A stretch of DNA of 64,000 nucleotides from Collinsella sp. (GCA_018382775.1 JAGZPG010000004.1:75594-139593), one strand, 5' to 3'. Numbered from the stretch's first letter, positions 1 to 10,810 are shown. Translations and numbers: made by a program. The notes: a model not told the origin generated them from the letters alone.

Positions 1-103
1 AAATGTATGACACCTCTGAGACACGGTGAGGTCATGCAAGCGCCTACTATAGCACGCTCCCCCTCAAAGGGATAGAATGAATTTGTCAAATAGGCAGGTA
101 TCG

Positions 104-1108
104 TCACGATTTTCTCAAGATGTTCGTAATCCAGAGCAAAAGCGCGGTCTCCGAATCGGCCGAACCCTTGAGCGCGAGCTCCACATCGACGGCACCCTCG
201 AGCGCAGCGACAAGCTCGGTCATCGAAAAACGACGAGCCCAGGTCAGGTGATTTTTGACCTGCCAGGCCTGAAGCTTGAGTGTCGCGGCGAGCTCGCGAC
301 CCTGTCCACGCCCATCGAGCGCCTTGGCGACGATCAGCTCGCGAATGCGCCCGCACAGCAGCGTGTAGGTCCACACATAGCTCTTGGAGGGCAGAAGCTT
401 AAAGAGCTCGAGCGAACGCCGCATATCGCGAGCCGAGACGGCGTTGAGGAAGTCCCAGGGCTGGACTTCGGCCGTGCGCACGATCCAGCGCTCCACATCG
501 GAAAGCTCAATTTGCGGCGCTTCGACCATCTGGGCAAGCTTGGCCAAGTCGTTATCGAGCATGCGGGTGTTCTCGCCCGAGCGCGAAACGAGCTCCTCGG
601 CGGCCGCCGTCGAGATGGACTTTCCGTGCTGCGTCGCCATCTGCTGTACGCGGCGCGGGAGCTCCCAGCGCTTGGTGCCCGAACAATCGATCACTGCCTT
701 CTTGTCAATCTTGGCGATCGCCTTGTACAGGCGCGTGTTCTTGGCAAGCGAATCGGCTATGACGAGACAGACCGTCGTCGGGCTGGGGCTCGCCAGATAC
801 TCGACAAGCGGCTCGGAGATCGCTTTGGCAAGTTTTGAGCAGCCGTCAAGGATTACCAGGCGAAACTCGCTACCCATGGGAAAGGTGTTGAGCGAGCCGA
901 TGATCGACTCGATATCGGGATCTTTCGTCATGTCGCGTTCATCGAGGTTGAACTCAACCATACCCGACTTTTCCAAGCGAGCTTTCATACGCGAGACGGC
1001 GTGGTCGCGCTTGACCCCATCGGTACCGACGATCAGATATGCCGGCAACAGACCGGTTTCGGACATCGCGCTCCCCTCCCGCAGGCTCTCGAGTTCGTAC
1101 CGTGTCAT
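104..1108 (-). CDS. holA: DNA polymerase III subunit delta (HolA)
   Basis: 334-aa ORF. The LPAYLIVGTDG-VKRDHAVSRMKARL N-terminal clamp-loader delta pattern and overall length fit HolA. It lies directly downstream of comEC, as in Firmicutes-type comEC-holA synteny. The true start may be the internal M15 (about 1066). Confidence 0.75.
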   Translation of the reverse strand: MTRYELESLREGSAMSETGLLPAYLIVGTDGVKRDHAVSRMKARLEKSGMVEFNLDERDMTKDPDIESIIGSLNTFPMGSEFRLVILDGCSKLAKAISEPLVEYLASPSPTTVCLVIADSLAKNTRLYKAIAKIDKKAVIDCSGTKRWELPRRVQQMATQHGKSISTAAAEELVSRSGENTRMLDNDLAKLAQMVEAPQIELSDVERWIVRTAEVQPWDFLNAVSARDMRRSLELFKLLPSKSYVWTYTLLCGRIRELIVAKALDGRGQGRELAATLKLQAWQVKNHLTWARRFSMTELVAALEGAVDVELALKGSADSETALLLWITNILRKS

Positions 1109-1144
1109 TCTAGCCCACGGGTTGGTCCCGCGCCAACGGCAGTC

Positions 1145-3460
1145 TCACGGTCGTTGGCATCGCATGGCAAAACCGGATACGGTTGGCGAGACGGTAATGT
1201 CTCCTTGTTCAATGGTGCATGCGAACGCGCCGCCCGCATCACGAACGGCATCGATGCAGGCATCGGATGGATGGCCGTAACGGTTGCCCTCGCCCGCGCT
1301 CGCGATAGAGAGCTCGGGCTTAAGCGTTTCCAGCAGGTCTGTGTCGACGGAAACTTTTGAGCCGTGATGCCCCAGCTTGAGCACATCGATATCGCCCACC
1401 TCCTGCACAAACTCGCGTTCCTGATCGAGTTCGGCATCACCAGTGAGGAGCATACGCAGGCTCTTGCCTTCCTGAGCATAGGAGAGCAGCAAGACAAGCG
1501 AGTCCTCATTGCCCTCGCCATCTACCGTGTCAAATGGCCACATCACACGAGCCCGAAATGCGCCGATATCGACCGCGTCTCCGCGAGCCACCTGCATATA
1601 CGTTACGCCCGGGCGATTTAGAACCTCAGCAGGCGCATCCTCCAGCGCATTAGCCGCGACCGCAATGGTTCCAACCGAAAACTGATCGAGCACATCGGGA
1701 AGACCACCCCAATGGTCTTCGTCCCAATGCGTCACGAAGACGGCGTCGATATGGTGAACGTTATTGCGAACCAACGCCGACACCACGCGCTCATCGAGTC
1801 CACAGTCCACGAGTGCCACGGTCCCACCTTGGCGGATAAGAATCGCATCGGCCTGACCAACATCGAGGACCGTCACAGAAGGAGGCGCACATCGATCCCA
1901 ATAGACATACGGAACACCCGCTGCAAGAATCAAACACAGCAGCCCCACTGCCATGCTCCGTGCGCGGGGACGTGGCCACCAGACCAAGACGACCGCCAGC
2001 ACAAACGGCACTACGTATACCAGGGGCGTATCGGGCGGCACGCTTACGGATGCGCCCGGAACGGCAGCAAAGAGCTGCTCAAAGAACAGGGCGCAGCGAG
2101 CGACAATCATGGGCCCCACGAGCGCCCCGTGACGCAACAGCGGCACAAGCGAGCAGGGCACCAGCACAACCGATATAGCAAGCAGTACGCTTATCACCGG
2201 ACCGATCACGGCATTTGCAAGCGGGGCAATGAGCGAAAACGTCCCGAATGCGGGAATGGTTACAGGAAGTGTCGCGAGTTGTGAGCACATCGTGACGGAC
2301 AAAATACCGGCAACCCCCGATGGCACGCTCAGCTCGCACAAGGCGTAGGTAGCGTAGGGGCAAAAACAAAGGATGGCAAAAACACTGGCGCACGATAGTT
2401 GAAAACCCATCTCGAACAATACCGTCGGGCGCAGCAACACAAAGATTGCCATGGTGACAAACAGAGCCGAGAGGCCATGCCGACGACGTCCGGCGCCGTT
2501 GGCGACAAGCGTCGCCGCCACCATGCAGCACGCGCGCACGGCCGAGGGCGAGGCGCCCGTAAAGACGGCATAGGCAATAAGAGCCAGCATCAACAGTCCC
2601 CGCTGCAGCCCACGAGAGAGGCGTGTCTTTTGCAGGGCGCTCTCAATCACAAACCCCACGATGGCAAGATGGCTGCCCGAGACGGCGATGAGATGTGCGG
2701 TGCCCGTTACCGAAAACCAATCGCCCGCCGGCTGGGCGCGCAGCTCGGACGAGCGTCCACAGACAACGCCAGCAATGAGCGAGCGCGCTGGATCGGTCGC
2801 GGGCGCGATAACGGCAAGGAGCTCGTTTCGAAGCCAAGACAACGGGCCTGGAGGGCCCTCGTCGATCGATACCAACCGGACGACTTTAACCTTTCGAAGC
2901 TCGCCCCGAAGCACGCGTGAGCGCCCATACGCATCATTCTCAAAGCGCGAAATTCGACCGATAGCACGTACATGCGAACCGGCGCCAAGCTCACGATCAC
3001 ACGACAGCCGTACCTGACCCAAACGCTTTTCGCCCGCATACGCATCACAGGTATAGGAGTACGCACCGTCATTGATGGACGGGTCGCAACACACAACAAA
3101 CTCGAGACTGCTCGCAGCCCGATTATCCAACGCCCTCGAAGCGCGCAGCGCCCCTATCGCCCAACCCGCGGACACTACCGCTCCCGCCACGAGGCCGAGG
3201 GCCGCGGCATACAGCCATCGCCTCCACCGCACAAGGCGCATGCAGGACCGAGCCAATACAATGCACCCTGCTGCCGCAACGGGAATGGCCATAAGCAATG
3301 TGACGGGCGCCGCCCGCTCTCCCAGCAGCGCATCGGCCGCCATGTTAAGCACTAACCCACAGCTCGCACACAAGCCGGCACAAAGGGCTATCGTCCACGG
3401 CATCAATGGGCGCGGTGGCATCACATGCTCGCGCTCGGTCGCACTCATACGCAGATGCAA
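1145..3460 (-). CDS. comEC: DNA internalization competence protein ComEC/Rec2, with C-terminal metallo-beta-lactamase domain
   Basis: 771 aa with a polytopic membrane N-terminal part (competence domain). The C-terminal MBL-fold motif HxHxDH-like (VTHWDEDHWGG ... LKLGHHGSKVS) is typical of ComEC. It overlaps comEA by 16 nt. Confidence 0.85.
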   Translation of the reverse strand: MHLRMSATEREHVMPPRPLMPWTIALCAGLCASCGLVLNMAADALLGERAAPVTLLMAIPVAAAGCIVLARSCMRLVRWRRWLYAAALGLVAGAVVSAGWAIGALRASRALDNRAASSLEFVVCCDPSINDGAYSYTCDAYAGEKRLGQVRLSCDRELGAGSHVRAIGRISRFENDAYGRSRVLRGELRKVKVVRLVSIDEGPPGPLSWLRNELLAVIAPATDPARSLIAGVVCGRSSELRAQPAGDWFSVTGTAHLIAVSGSHLAIVGFVIESALQKTRLSRGLQRGLLMLALIAYAVFTGASPSAVRACCMVAATLVANGAGRRRHGLSALFVTMAIFVLLRPTVLFEMGFQLSCASVFAILCFCPYATYALCELSVPSGVAGILSVTMCSQLATLPVTIPAFGTFSLIAPLANAVIGPVISVLLAISVVLVPCSLVPLLRHGALVGPMIVARCALFFEQLFAAVPGASVSVPPDTPLVYVVPFVLAVVLVWWPRPRARSMAVGLLCLILAAGVPYVYWDRCAPPSVTVLDVGQADAILIRQGGTVALVDCGLDERVVSALVRNNVHHIDAVFVTHWDEDHWGGLPDVLDQFSVGTIAVAANALEDAPAEVLNRPGVTYMQVARGDAVDIGAFRARVMWPFDTVDGEGNEDSLVLLLSYAQEGKSLRMLLTGDAELDQEREFVQEVGDIDVLKLGHHGSKVSVDTDLLETLKPELSIASAGEGNRYGHPSDACIDAVRDAGGAFACTIEQGDITVSPTVSGFAMRCQRP

Positions 3461-4155
3461 TCTTTAATTTTGGCGAGTTTCTTCTCACCGATCCCCGATA
3501 CGCGCATAAGGTCATCGACCGAGGCAAAGGCCCCGTTTTGCGTCCGTTCGTCGATAATTGCCTGGGCCATAGAAGGCCCGATGCCCGAAAGCGTCTGCAG
3601 CTCCGCCGCACTTGCCGTATTGATATTCACAAGACCCGACGAAGACCCTGTACCAGGGGTCGTGGAAGCGCTGCTTTCGGCGCCGCCGACGGCCGCAGCC
3701 GTTTGTTGCTCCCCTACCGTCGGCACATAGATCTTTTGACCATCGGTGATCTTGGACGCACGGTTAAGACCCGTCACATCCGCCTCGGCCGTAAGCCCTC
3801 CGGCGGCATCAATCGCCTGGGACACCCGTGCTCCATCTTTAAGCCGGTACACGCCAGGCTTCACAACGGCGCCATCAAGATCGACGTACACCTCGGCAGC
3901 AGAGGAGCTCTTGGCAGACGGCTCATCGGCATCGTCAGGAGAGGCATCCCCGGCCCCGCGCACATCCGAGGCGCTCGCCTCATCACTACGCTCAAACGAT
4001 ACGTCGCTGGAGTGACCACCAAAACCTGCCATCGCCAAGCCGCTCGCGGCGGCAATGACAACCAGGATCGCCACGACCATCGCCTTATGGCCGAGCAGCT
4101 TTTCTGCCCAGCGGTCCATCAGTTTAACCCGTTCGTGTTGCTCGCGCTGCGCCAT
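3445..4155 (-). CDS. comEA: competence protein ComEA (SLBB plus tandem helix-hairpin-helix DNA-binding domain)
   Basis: C-terminus NINTASAAELQTLSGIGPSMAQAIIDERTQNGAFASVDDLMRVSGIGEKKLAKIK is the ComEA HhH motif, and there is an N-terminal TM helix. The start is set at the internal ATG (ORF residue M22), which is preceded by a GGGAGGTG RBS. The track ORF extends to 4218. Confidence 0.8.
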   Translation of the reverse strand: MAQREQHERVKLMDRWAEKLLGHKAMVVAILVVIAAASGLAMAGFGGHSSDVSFERSDEASASDVRGAGDASPDDADEPSAKSSSAAEVYVDLDGAVVKPGVYRLKDGARVSQAIDAAGGLTAEADVTGLNRASKITDGQKIYVPTVGEQQTAAAVGGAESSASTTPGTGSSSGLVNINTASAAELQTLSGIGPSMAQAIIDERTQNGAFASVDDLMRVSGIGEKKLAKIKDCICV

Positions 4156-4325
4156 AGCAAACACCTCCCAACACCATCGTGTCAGGAAACGAACGCCGCA
4201 GCCTCCGCACGCCCACACCGGTTTTCGCGGTCAAACCAAAAGCTGACCAAAACCTTGCGGAAAAGTGTCCATTTATTCAGGCACACGTCGACAAATGAAC
4301 CGTTTATCGCCTAATGCCCAGATAG

Positions 4326-4359
4326 AAAAAGACCGACGATGCAAAATCACCGCCGGTCT
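4326..4359 (-). terminator. rho-independent terminator downstream of thiI (minus strand)
   Basis: On the minus-strand RNA: AGACCGGCGG-loop-UCGUCGGUCU, a 10-bp stem including two G-U pairs, followed by UUUUUC. Confidence 0.55.
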
Positions 4360-4369
4360 ATACACAACA

Positions 4370-5614
4370 TTATTCGTGATCTTGGTAAATCTCACGTGGA
4401 GCGAGCTCGGAATGTTTGCGTTTTAAGGTCTTAGGGGCCTTATACGTGTTGCTCTCGAAGTCGATATACTCGGTCTGCTTGAGCAAGCGCTCAATCATCT
4501 CCTCGTGATCGAACAGCTCCCACGCCTCATGCACGGCATCGAGTTTGGCGTGCGTCTCGGGGCGGCGCGGCATAAAGAGCGTGCAGCAATCGGGAGCAGC
4601 TTCGGTCGAGATATCGAAGGTACCGATTTCCTCGGCACGCGCGATGATCTCCTGCTTGTCCGAACCAATCAGCGGGCGGAACACGGGGATCTTGACGGCC
4701 TCGTTGACGGCCATGATGTTCTCGAGCGTCTGGGAAGCAACCTGACCGAGCGATTCACCGGTCACAATAGCCTTGGCGCCCTCGATATGCGCAATGCGCT
4801 CGGCAACCGAATACATAATGCGACGGTACATGATCACGCGCAGGTTGCTGGGGCAGGTCACCGAGATCTCACGCTGACAATCGCCAAACGGCACCACGTA
4901 CAGGCGGCCGATCTGGACACCCGGCTCAAGCGCACGGATGATGTCCTGCACCAAATACTCGCTCGTATCAGGCGTCTGCGGACGACCGGAGAAATGTACC
5001 GGCACGCACACCGCGCCGCGACGCGCGAGCATCCAGGTCGCCACTGGGGAATCGATACCCGAAGAAAGCAGCGTCACGACCTTGCCGGCAGACCCCACCG
5101 GCAGACCGCCCACGCCGCGCTCAGAGCGCGCATACACATAGACGCTACCCTGGACCACCAGTACGTGCACCATCGCGTCGGGATCGTGCATCTGGACCTT
5201 TTTATCGGGAAACGCCTCGCACAACACCTCGCCAACCTGTCGATTGATATCAATCGAGGTGAGCTCGTAGTCGGTGTTAGAGCGCTTGGCATGTACCTTA
5301 AACGACTCGAAGGGACCAAATTCGCGCAGCGCCTTCACGGCGGCAGCGCAGTATTCCTGCGGGTCGCGGTTGGTGTGGTACGCCAGGGACACACGGGCAA
5401 CGCCGGGGACGGTGCGGATGACGCGCGCCGCCTCGTCGGCCTGATGCTCGTTAAAGGTCACGAGGATATAACCGGAAATTCGAGACACGGCATTCACGGA
5501 AAAGGCGGCCAAGGCCGCCTTGATGTTATCCATGAGGATATGCTCAAAATGTGCGCGGTTCTTGCCCTTCAGTCCAACCTCGTGATAGTGGACCAGGCAG
5601 ACGCGGGCTGCCAT
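4370..5614 (-). CDS. thiI: tRNA 4-thiouridine(8) synthase ThiI
   Basis: 414 aa with an N-terminal THUMP-like region (HYHEVGLKGKNRAHFE). It has the PP-loop SGGIDSPVA and the C-terminal organisation of ThiI. Confidence 0.85.
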   Translation of the reverse strand: MAARVCLVHYHEVGLKGKNRAHFEHILMDNIKAALAAFSVNAVSRISGYILVTFNEHQADEAARVIRTVPGVARVSLAYHTNRDPQEYCAAAVKALREFGPFESFKVHAKRSNTDYELTSIDINRQVGEVLCEAFPDKKVQMHDPDAMVHVLVVQGSVYVYARSERGVGGLPVGSAGKVVTLLSSGIDSPVATWMLARRGAVCVPVHFSGRPQTPDTSEYLVQDIIRALEPGVQIGRLYVVPFGDCQREISVTCPSNLRVIMYRRIMYSVAERIAHIEGAKAIVTGESLGQVASQTLENIMAVNEAVKIPVFRPLIGSDKQEIIARAEEIGTFDISTEAAPDCCTLFMPRRPETHAKLDAVHEAWELFDHEEMIERLLKQTEYIDFESNTYKAPKTLKRKHSELAPREIYQDHE

Positions 5615-5896
5615 TTAGGCTTCAGCAACCTTGTGGCCGAGCGCCTTCTCGTAACGGGCCTCGTCGTAGGAGATGTCGCCGTCGACAATCTCGTCCATAG
5701 CCATCGAGATGGTATCGGCGCCGGAAAGCGCAATGGTGATATCGTCGACATCCTGGACGGCAAGCACGCGGTTGTGCTGGCCACGCAGCATGCTGTTAAT
5801 GTCGCAGGCGCGCTTGGAGGCAAGCGAGGCGAGCAGGAAGCGGTTGTGATCGGTCTTCTCCAGAAGATCGTCAATGCAAGGCTTTACAACGGACAC
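5615..5896 (-). CDS. rpoZ: DNA-directed RNA polymerase subunit omega
   Basis: 93 aa. CIDDLLEKTDHNRFLLASLASKRACDI matches the RpoZ consensus (DCLEKVPNRFELVLLAAKRARQL). It is adjacent to gmk, as is usual. Confidence 0.8.
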   Translation of the reverse strand: MSVVKPCIDDLLEKTDHNRFLLASLASKRACDINSMLRGQHNRVLAVQDVDDITIALSGADTISMAMDEIVDGDISYDEARYEKALGHKVAEA

Positions 5897-5901
5897 GGAC
5901 C

Positions 5902-6471
5902 TCAGATCCTTTCATGCATATCGAGAACGCGAACGAGCTCATCGGTCGCGCGGTCGAGATCGTCATTAACCACGACGTCGTCGTAGCGGTCGGCAAGGGC
6001 AAGCTCATCGGCGGCGTTTGCCATACGCAGCTCAATCGTCTCGGGCGTCTCGGTACCGCGACCGACTAGACGCTCGCGGAGTACCTCAAGCGAAGGCGGC
6101 TTGATAAAGATCAGCACGGCCTCGGGGAAACGCTCCTTCACCTGCAGGGCGCCCTGGACATCGATCTCCAAAATAAGAGACGCGCCCGAGGCGAGCTTGG
6201 ATGTGACCTCGCTCACCAATGTGCCGTAGCAGTTACCGTGGACCTCGGCCCACTCAACAAACTCACCGTTTGCCACGCGGCGGTCGAACTCCTCGCGCGT
6301 CAGAAAAAAGTAGTTGACGCCGTCGACCTCACCTTTGCGTGGTGCTCGCGTGGTAGCCGAAACCGTCAGGCCCAGGTTCGAGCGGCGCTCGCGCACACGA
6401 GTGACGAGCGTACCCTTGCCTGCGCCTGACGGTCCAGAAATCACAAAGAGCTTGGAATCCTGAGCGCTCAC
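5902..6471 (-). CDS. gmk: guanylate kinase
   Basis: 189 aa with P-loop ISGPSGAGKGTL. It shows the guanylate kinase fold hallmarks and sits in the gmk-rpoZ pair. Confidence 0.9.
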   Translation of the reverse strand: MSAQDSKLFVISGPSGAGKGTLVTRVRERRSNLGLTVSATTRAPRKGEVDGVNYFFLTREEFDRRVANGEFVEWAEVHGNCYGTLVSEVTSKLASGASLILEIDVQGALQVKERFPEAVLIFIKPPSLEVLRERLVGRGTETPETIELRMANAADELALADRYDDVVVNDDLDRATDELVRVLDMHERI

Positions 6472-6780
6472 TTATTTGGTCAGCTGCTCGAGGAGCTGCT
6501 CGCGCTGACGGACGCCGAGGCCCTGGACGCGACGGGTAGCGGAGATACCGAGCTCCTCCATGATCTTGGCGGCCTTGGCCTTGCCATAACCGGGGAGAGA
6601 CTCGATGAGGGTGGAAACCTTCATGCGGGAAGCGATGGGGTCATCGGAGTTGAGCACGGACTCGAGGGACTTCTCGCCCTTCTTGATCTGCTCGCGAAGC
6701 TCAGCGCGGGCGTGACGTGCGGCGGCAGCCTTCTCAAGAGCCTGCTTGCGCTGCTCGTCGGTAAGCTGAGGGAGTGCCAT
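6472..6780 (-). CDS. mihF: integration host factor MihF (actinobacterial mIHF)
   Basis: MALPQLTDEQRKQALEKAAAARHARAELREQIKKG...MKVSTLIESLPGYGKAKAAKIMEELGISATRRVQGLG is a near-collinear match to mycobacterial mIHF. The start is set at the internal ATG with a GGAGG RBS. The track ORF begins 12 nt upstream. Confidence 0.85.
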   Translation of the reverse strand: MALPQLTDEQRKQALEKAAAARHARAELREQIKKGEKSLESVLNSDDPIASRMKVSTLIESLPGYGKAKAAKIMEELGISATRRVQGLGVRQREQLLEQLTK

Positions 6781-6888
6781 TCGAACCTCCAAATAGTTGG
6801 GTTATATCTGATGCAATAATTGGCATTTTAGCACGTCAAACGCACTAAATGCCCAATCGACGGCACCATAGGTTAGACGATACCTGCG

Positions 6889-6932
6889 AAAAGTGCAATA
6901 TACGCAGGTCAAAGTTGAGCCCCTGACCTGCG
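6889..6932 (-). terminator. terminator downstream of pyrF (end of pyr operon), minus strand
   Basis: Minus-strand RNA has a 9-bp stem, CGCAGGUCA-loop-UGACCUGCG, followed by a U-rich tract (UAUAUUGCACUUUUC). A third CGCAGG copy nearby allows an alternative pairing. Confidence 0.5.
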
Positions 6933-7020
6933 ATTCCACACAAAGGATGGGAAAGTTTTCGCAGGCACAGGGGCTAATTTGTGCTAATGAGACCCAAAAG
7001 TGGTGACTTGAGGGAATCTT

Positions 7021-7737
7021 TTAGGCGACGTTTTCGACCAGCTCGGCAACGATAGCGTCAAATGCGGCAACCGGGTCGTCGGCACCGGTGATGGGTCGGC
7101 CCACCACGATGTGGCTCGCACCGCGCTCGATAGCCTGGGAAGGCGTCGCCACGCGGGATTGATCGCCCAGGGCGGCACCCACCGGACGCACGCCCGGAGT
7201 CACAATGAAAGCATCGGGGCCCAGCAGCTCGCGCATGTCATGGGCCTCCATCGGCGAGCACACGATGCCGTCGATGCCGTTAGCCTGAGCAAGCTTTGCC
7301 AGGCGGGCGGCCTCCTCGGCCACGGGCGACTCGACACCGATCTCGGTCAGCGCATCCTGGTTCATGCTCGTGAGCACGGTAATGGCAACGAGCTTGGCAC
7401 GATCCTCGCGAGCCTCCTCGGCACCCTCGCGGCAGGCAGCGAGCATAGCGCCCGAGCCCAGACCGTGGACCGAAAGCAGGTCGGCACCGGCGAGCGAGGC
7501 CGAACGGGCAGCACCGCGCACCTGATGCGGAATGTCATGGAACTTGAGGTCGAGGAAGACCTTAAAGCCCAGGTCCTTGAACGTCTTGACGATCTCAGGG
7601 CCCTCAGCGTAATAGAGCGTCATGCCGACCTTGAGCCAAGCGGCATGACCAGAAAGCTCGTGGGCGAGCTCGAGCGCGCGCTCACGGTCGCAGTCGAGGG
7701 CGACGATAACGCGGTCGCGGGCATCAGTCTCTAGCAT
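7021..7737 (-). CDS. pyrF: orotidine 5'-phosphate decarboxylase
   Basis: 238 aa with the conserved ODCase motifs (VIVALDCD, DLKFHDIPHQ, catalytic K/D). Confidence 0.85.
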   Translation of the reverse strand: MLETDARDRVIVALDCDRERALELAHELSGHAAWLKVGMTLYYAEGPEIVKTFKDLGFKVFLDLKFHDIPHQVRGAARSASLAGADLLSVHGLGSGAMLAACREGAEEAREDRAKLVAITVLTSMNQDALTEIGVESPVAEEAARLAKLAQANGIDGIVCSPMEAHDMRELLGPDAFIVTPGVRPVGAALGDQSRVATPSQAIERGASHIVVGRPITGADDPVAAFDAIVAELVENVA

Positions 7738-8696
7738 TCGAAAGCACCTACCAGCTCGTTGATGTCCTTCACGCCCTGGGACTCCGCCCAGGCCTCGAGC
7801 TCGTGCGCGATCTTAATCGATGCGCACGGATCGACGAAGTTGGCCATGCCGACCGACACGCAGGTGGCACCGGCCAGGATAAACTCGGCCGCATCTTCGC
7901 CAGTCATGACGCCGCCGACGCCATTGATGGGGATATCGACGGCCTGGGCGACCTCCCAGACCATGCGCACGGCGATGTGGTGGCACAGCGGGCCCGAAAG
8001 GCCGCCCTTGGGCTTGGCCACGCGGGACTTGCGAGTGTGCACGTCGATGGCCATGCCCTGGATGGAGTTGATGACCGAAAGGCCGTCGGCGCCGGCGGCC
8101 TCGAGAGCCTTGCCAATCTCGGCGACGTTGACCGGAGCCATCTTTACGAACAGCGGCTTATCGGTCACCCTGCGGCAAGCAGCCATAACGGCAGAGGCAC
8201 CCTCGGGCGTGGATCCCATGGCGGCACCGCCAGCAGCGATATTGGGGCAGCTCACGTTGATCTCGTAGCCGGCAGCCCAGGGGCACAGCTCGACATACAT
8301 CTCGAGCGCGCGGACAAACTCGTCAACGGAGTGGCCGGCGACCTGACAGATGACCTGGCAACCGTCCTTGGAAAGCTGTTCGAGCCACGGGCCGGACTCA
8401 CGGGCAAAGGCGGCCACACCGGGGTTCTGAAGGCCCACGGAGTTGATCATGCCGCCCGGGATCTCGGCCATGCGAGGCGCGGGGTTGCCGGGCCAGGGCT
8501 CGGCAGCACAACCCTTGGTGGTGATGGCACCCAGCTGGGAAACATCAAAGAAGTTCTGGAACTGCCAACCGTAGCCAAAGGTACCGGCTGCGGTGTTGAT
8601 GGGGTTTTGCATCTTGACGCCGCCGAAATCGACGGCCATGTTCACGGTACCCACTAGAAGACCACCACCTTGGAAGCATCGAACACGGGGCCGCAC
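7731..8696 (-). CDS. pyrD: dihydroorotate dehydrogenase, class 1B catalytic subunit
   Basis: 321 aa with a TIM-barrel DHODH signature (NTAAGTFGYG ... SVGLQNPG ... NVSCPN). It is paired with the PyrK electron-transfer subunit. It appears to use a GTG start. Confidence 0.85.
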   Translation of the reverse strand: MRPRVRCFQGGGLLVGTVNMAVDFGGVKMQNPINTAAGTFGYGWQFQNFFDVSQLGAITTKGCAAEPWPGNPAPRMAEIPGGMINSVGLQNPGVAAFARESGPWLEQLSKDGCQVICQVAGHSVDEFVRALEMYVELCPWAAGYEINVSCPNIAAGGAAMGSTPEGASAVMAACRRVTDKPLFVKMAPVNVAEIGKALEAAGADGLSVINSIQGMAIDVHTRKSRVAKPKGGLSGPLCHHIAVRMVWEVAQAVDIPINGVGGVMTGEDAAEFILAGATCVSVGMANFVDPCASIKIAHELEAWAESQGVKDINELVGAFEC

Positions 8697-9481
8697 ATGC
8701 AGGCGCCCTTCATACCGTCGACCGTCTCGACATTGCAGGTGTTGCAGGCGCCAAAGCCACAGCTCATCATGCGCTCGAGCGACACCTCACAGTACGCACC
8801 GGCCTCGGCGGCAGCGGCGGCGACCTTCTTCATCATGACGGCGGGGCCGCAACTGGCGACGTAGTCGTAGCCGCCCTCGCCAAGCAGCTCGGCGGCAGGA
8901 TCGGTGCAAAAACCGTGCGTGCCAAGCGAACCGTCGTCGGTGCACACGTTGACCGTGGCTCCCAGAGCGCGGAACTCATCGATGCCCACGGCCTTGGAAG
9001 CGGTGCCAAAGCCCAGGCACACATCCACGTCAACACCCTGCTCGGCAAGCATACCGGCCAGGCACAGCACAGGAGGAACGCCGATGCCACCGGCGACGAG
9101 CAGGGCCTTCCTGGTGCCCTCGGGTACCATCCAGCCACGGCCACCGGGGCCCAGCAGGTTAGAGGTGGAGCCAGGGCCCATCTGGGACAAACGACGGGTA
9201 TCGTCGCCCACGACGGCGTACCACAGCTCGACGGTGCCGGCCTCGGCGTCGGCGCGGTAGTAGCTCAGGGGCACGCGAAGCAGCGAGGACGCATCGCCGG
9301 GTACGGCGATGTTCACAAACTGACCGGGCTTGAGCGCACTTGCAAGCTTGGGGGCCGAGATGACGAGCGAGAAGATGCCGTCGGCAATCTCCCGGTTCGA
9401 GACGACCTCGAAGTCGTGCATGCGTGCAGTGGAAGGTGTGGGCATAGACGCTCCAATCCCCCATGCGGTTGCATGGTCCAA
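8654..9481 (-). CDS. pyrK: dihydroorotate dehydrogenase electron-transfer subunit PyrK (FAD / 2Fe-2S)
   Basis: 275 aa with a ferredoxin-reductase-like fold and a C-terminal Cys cluster (CGFGACNTCNVE...GACMCGP). It lies upstream of pyrD. The apparent start is TTG; alternative starts are M13 or M21. Confidence 0.8.
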   Translation of the reverse strand: MDHATAWGIGASMPTPSTARMHDFEVVSNREIADGIFSLVISAPKLASALKPGQFVNIAVPGDASSLLRVPLSYYRADAEAGTVELWYAVVGDDTRRLSQMGPGSTSNLLGPGGRGWMVPEGTRKALLVAGGIGVPPVLCLAGMLAEQGVDVDVCLGFGTASKAVGIDEFRALGATVNVCTDDGSLGTHGFCTDPAAELLGEGGYDYVASCGPAVMMKKVAAAAAEAGAYCEVSLERMMSCGFGACNTCNVETVDGMKGACMCGPVFDASKVVVF

Positions 9482-9537
9482 ACGAACAGAAAGCGCGGCA
9501 CCGCAAGGGCACCGCGCACAAAAGCGATAAGGCTATG

Positions 9538-10810
9538 CTAGCAGATGCAGCCGTCGGCGAGCGTCTGCTTACCGCCGACAAACACATCGGTGGCACGACC
9601 GGTGAGCGTGCGGCCGGCGAAACCGGAGTTCTCAGCACGCGACTCGTAGCCGTCCTCGCCGACCGTCCAGGTTGCGGCGGGGTCGAACACGGTCAGGTCG
9701 GCAACGGAGCCCGTCTTGACCTGAACCTGATCAAGGCCCAGGATCTCACGCGGCTTGATGGCCATGAGCTCGACCATGCGGGCCATGCTCATCTTGCCCG
9801 TGTTGACCAGCTCGGTGAGCACGAGCGACAGCGAGGTCTCGAGGCCGATCATGCCAAAGGGCGCAAGCTCGAACTCTCGGGCCTTCTCCCACGGGGTGTG
9901 GGGAGCGTGATCAGTGACGATAACGTCGACGGTGCCGTCGATGACGCCCTGACGGATGGCCTCGGCATCCTCCTCGGTGCGCAGCGGCGGGTTGACCTTG
10001 AGCGAGGTGTTGTAGGTCTCGTCCAGGTCGTTCTCGGTCAGGAACATGTGGTGCGGGGTGGCCTCGCAGGTAACCTGAACGCCAGCGGCCTTACCGGCAC
10101 GCACGATCTCCAGGCCATGGGCGGTGGAGATGTGCTGGATGTGCAGCTTGGCACCGGTCAGCTTGGCGATCTCGATGTCGCGGGCGATCTGGAGCTCCTC
10201 GCCGGCAGCCGGCCAGCCCTCGAGAGCCAGACGGGTCGAGACCTTGCCCTCGTTGATCTGGCCGTGACCGACCAGGTCCTCGTCCTGGCAGTGGCTCATA
10301 AAGACCTTGCCGAACATCTTGCCGTAGTCCATGCAGCGACGGAGCATGCCCGCGCCCTGCACGCCGCGACCGTCGTCGGTGAAGGCGACGGCGCCGTGGG
10401 CGACCATATCGCCCATCTCGGACATGGCCTCGCCCTTAAGACCGCGGGTCATGGCGCCGGACGGGTAGACGCGGCAGTGACCGACCTCGGCAGCGCGGGA
10501 CTTGACGAACTCCACGACGGTACCGTTATCGGTGACGGGATCGGTGTTGGGCATGGCGCACACGCCGGTGAAGCCGCCCTTGGCAGCTGCGCGGGTGCCG
10601 CTCTCGATGTCCTCTTTGACCTCGTAGCCGGGCTCGCGAAGGTGAACGTGCATATCCACCAGGCCGGGGACGAGGTACTTGCCGGAAAGGTCGCGGACCT
10701 CGGCTCCCTCGACGGCGAGATTCTCGCCGACCTCGGCGATCTTATCGCCGTCAATCAGGACGTCAACGACACCGTCAAGCTCGACGGACGGGTCGACGAC
10801 GTGGGCATTC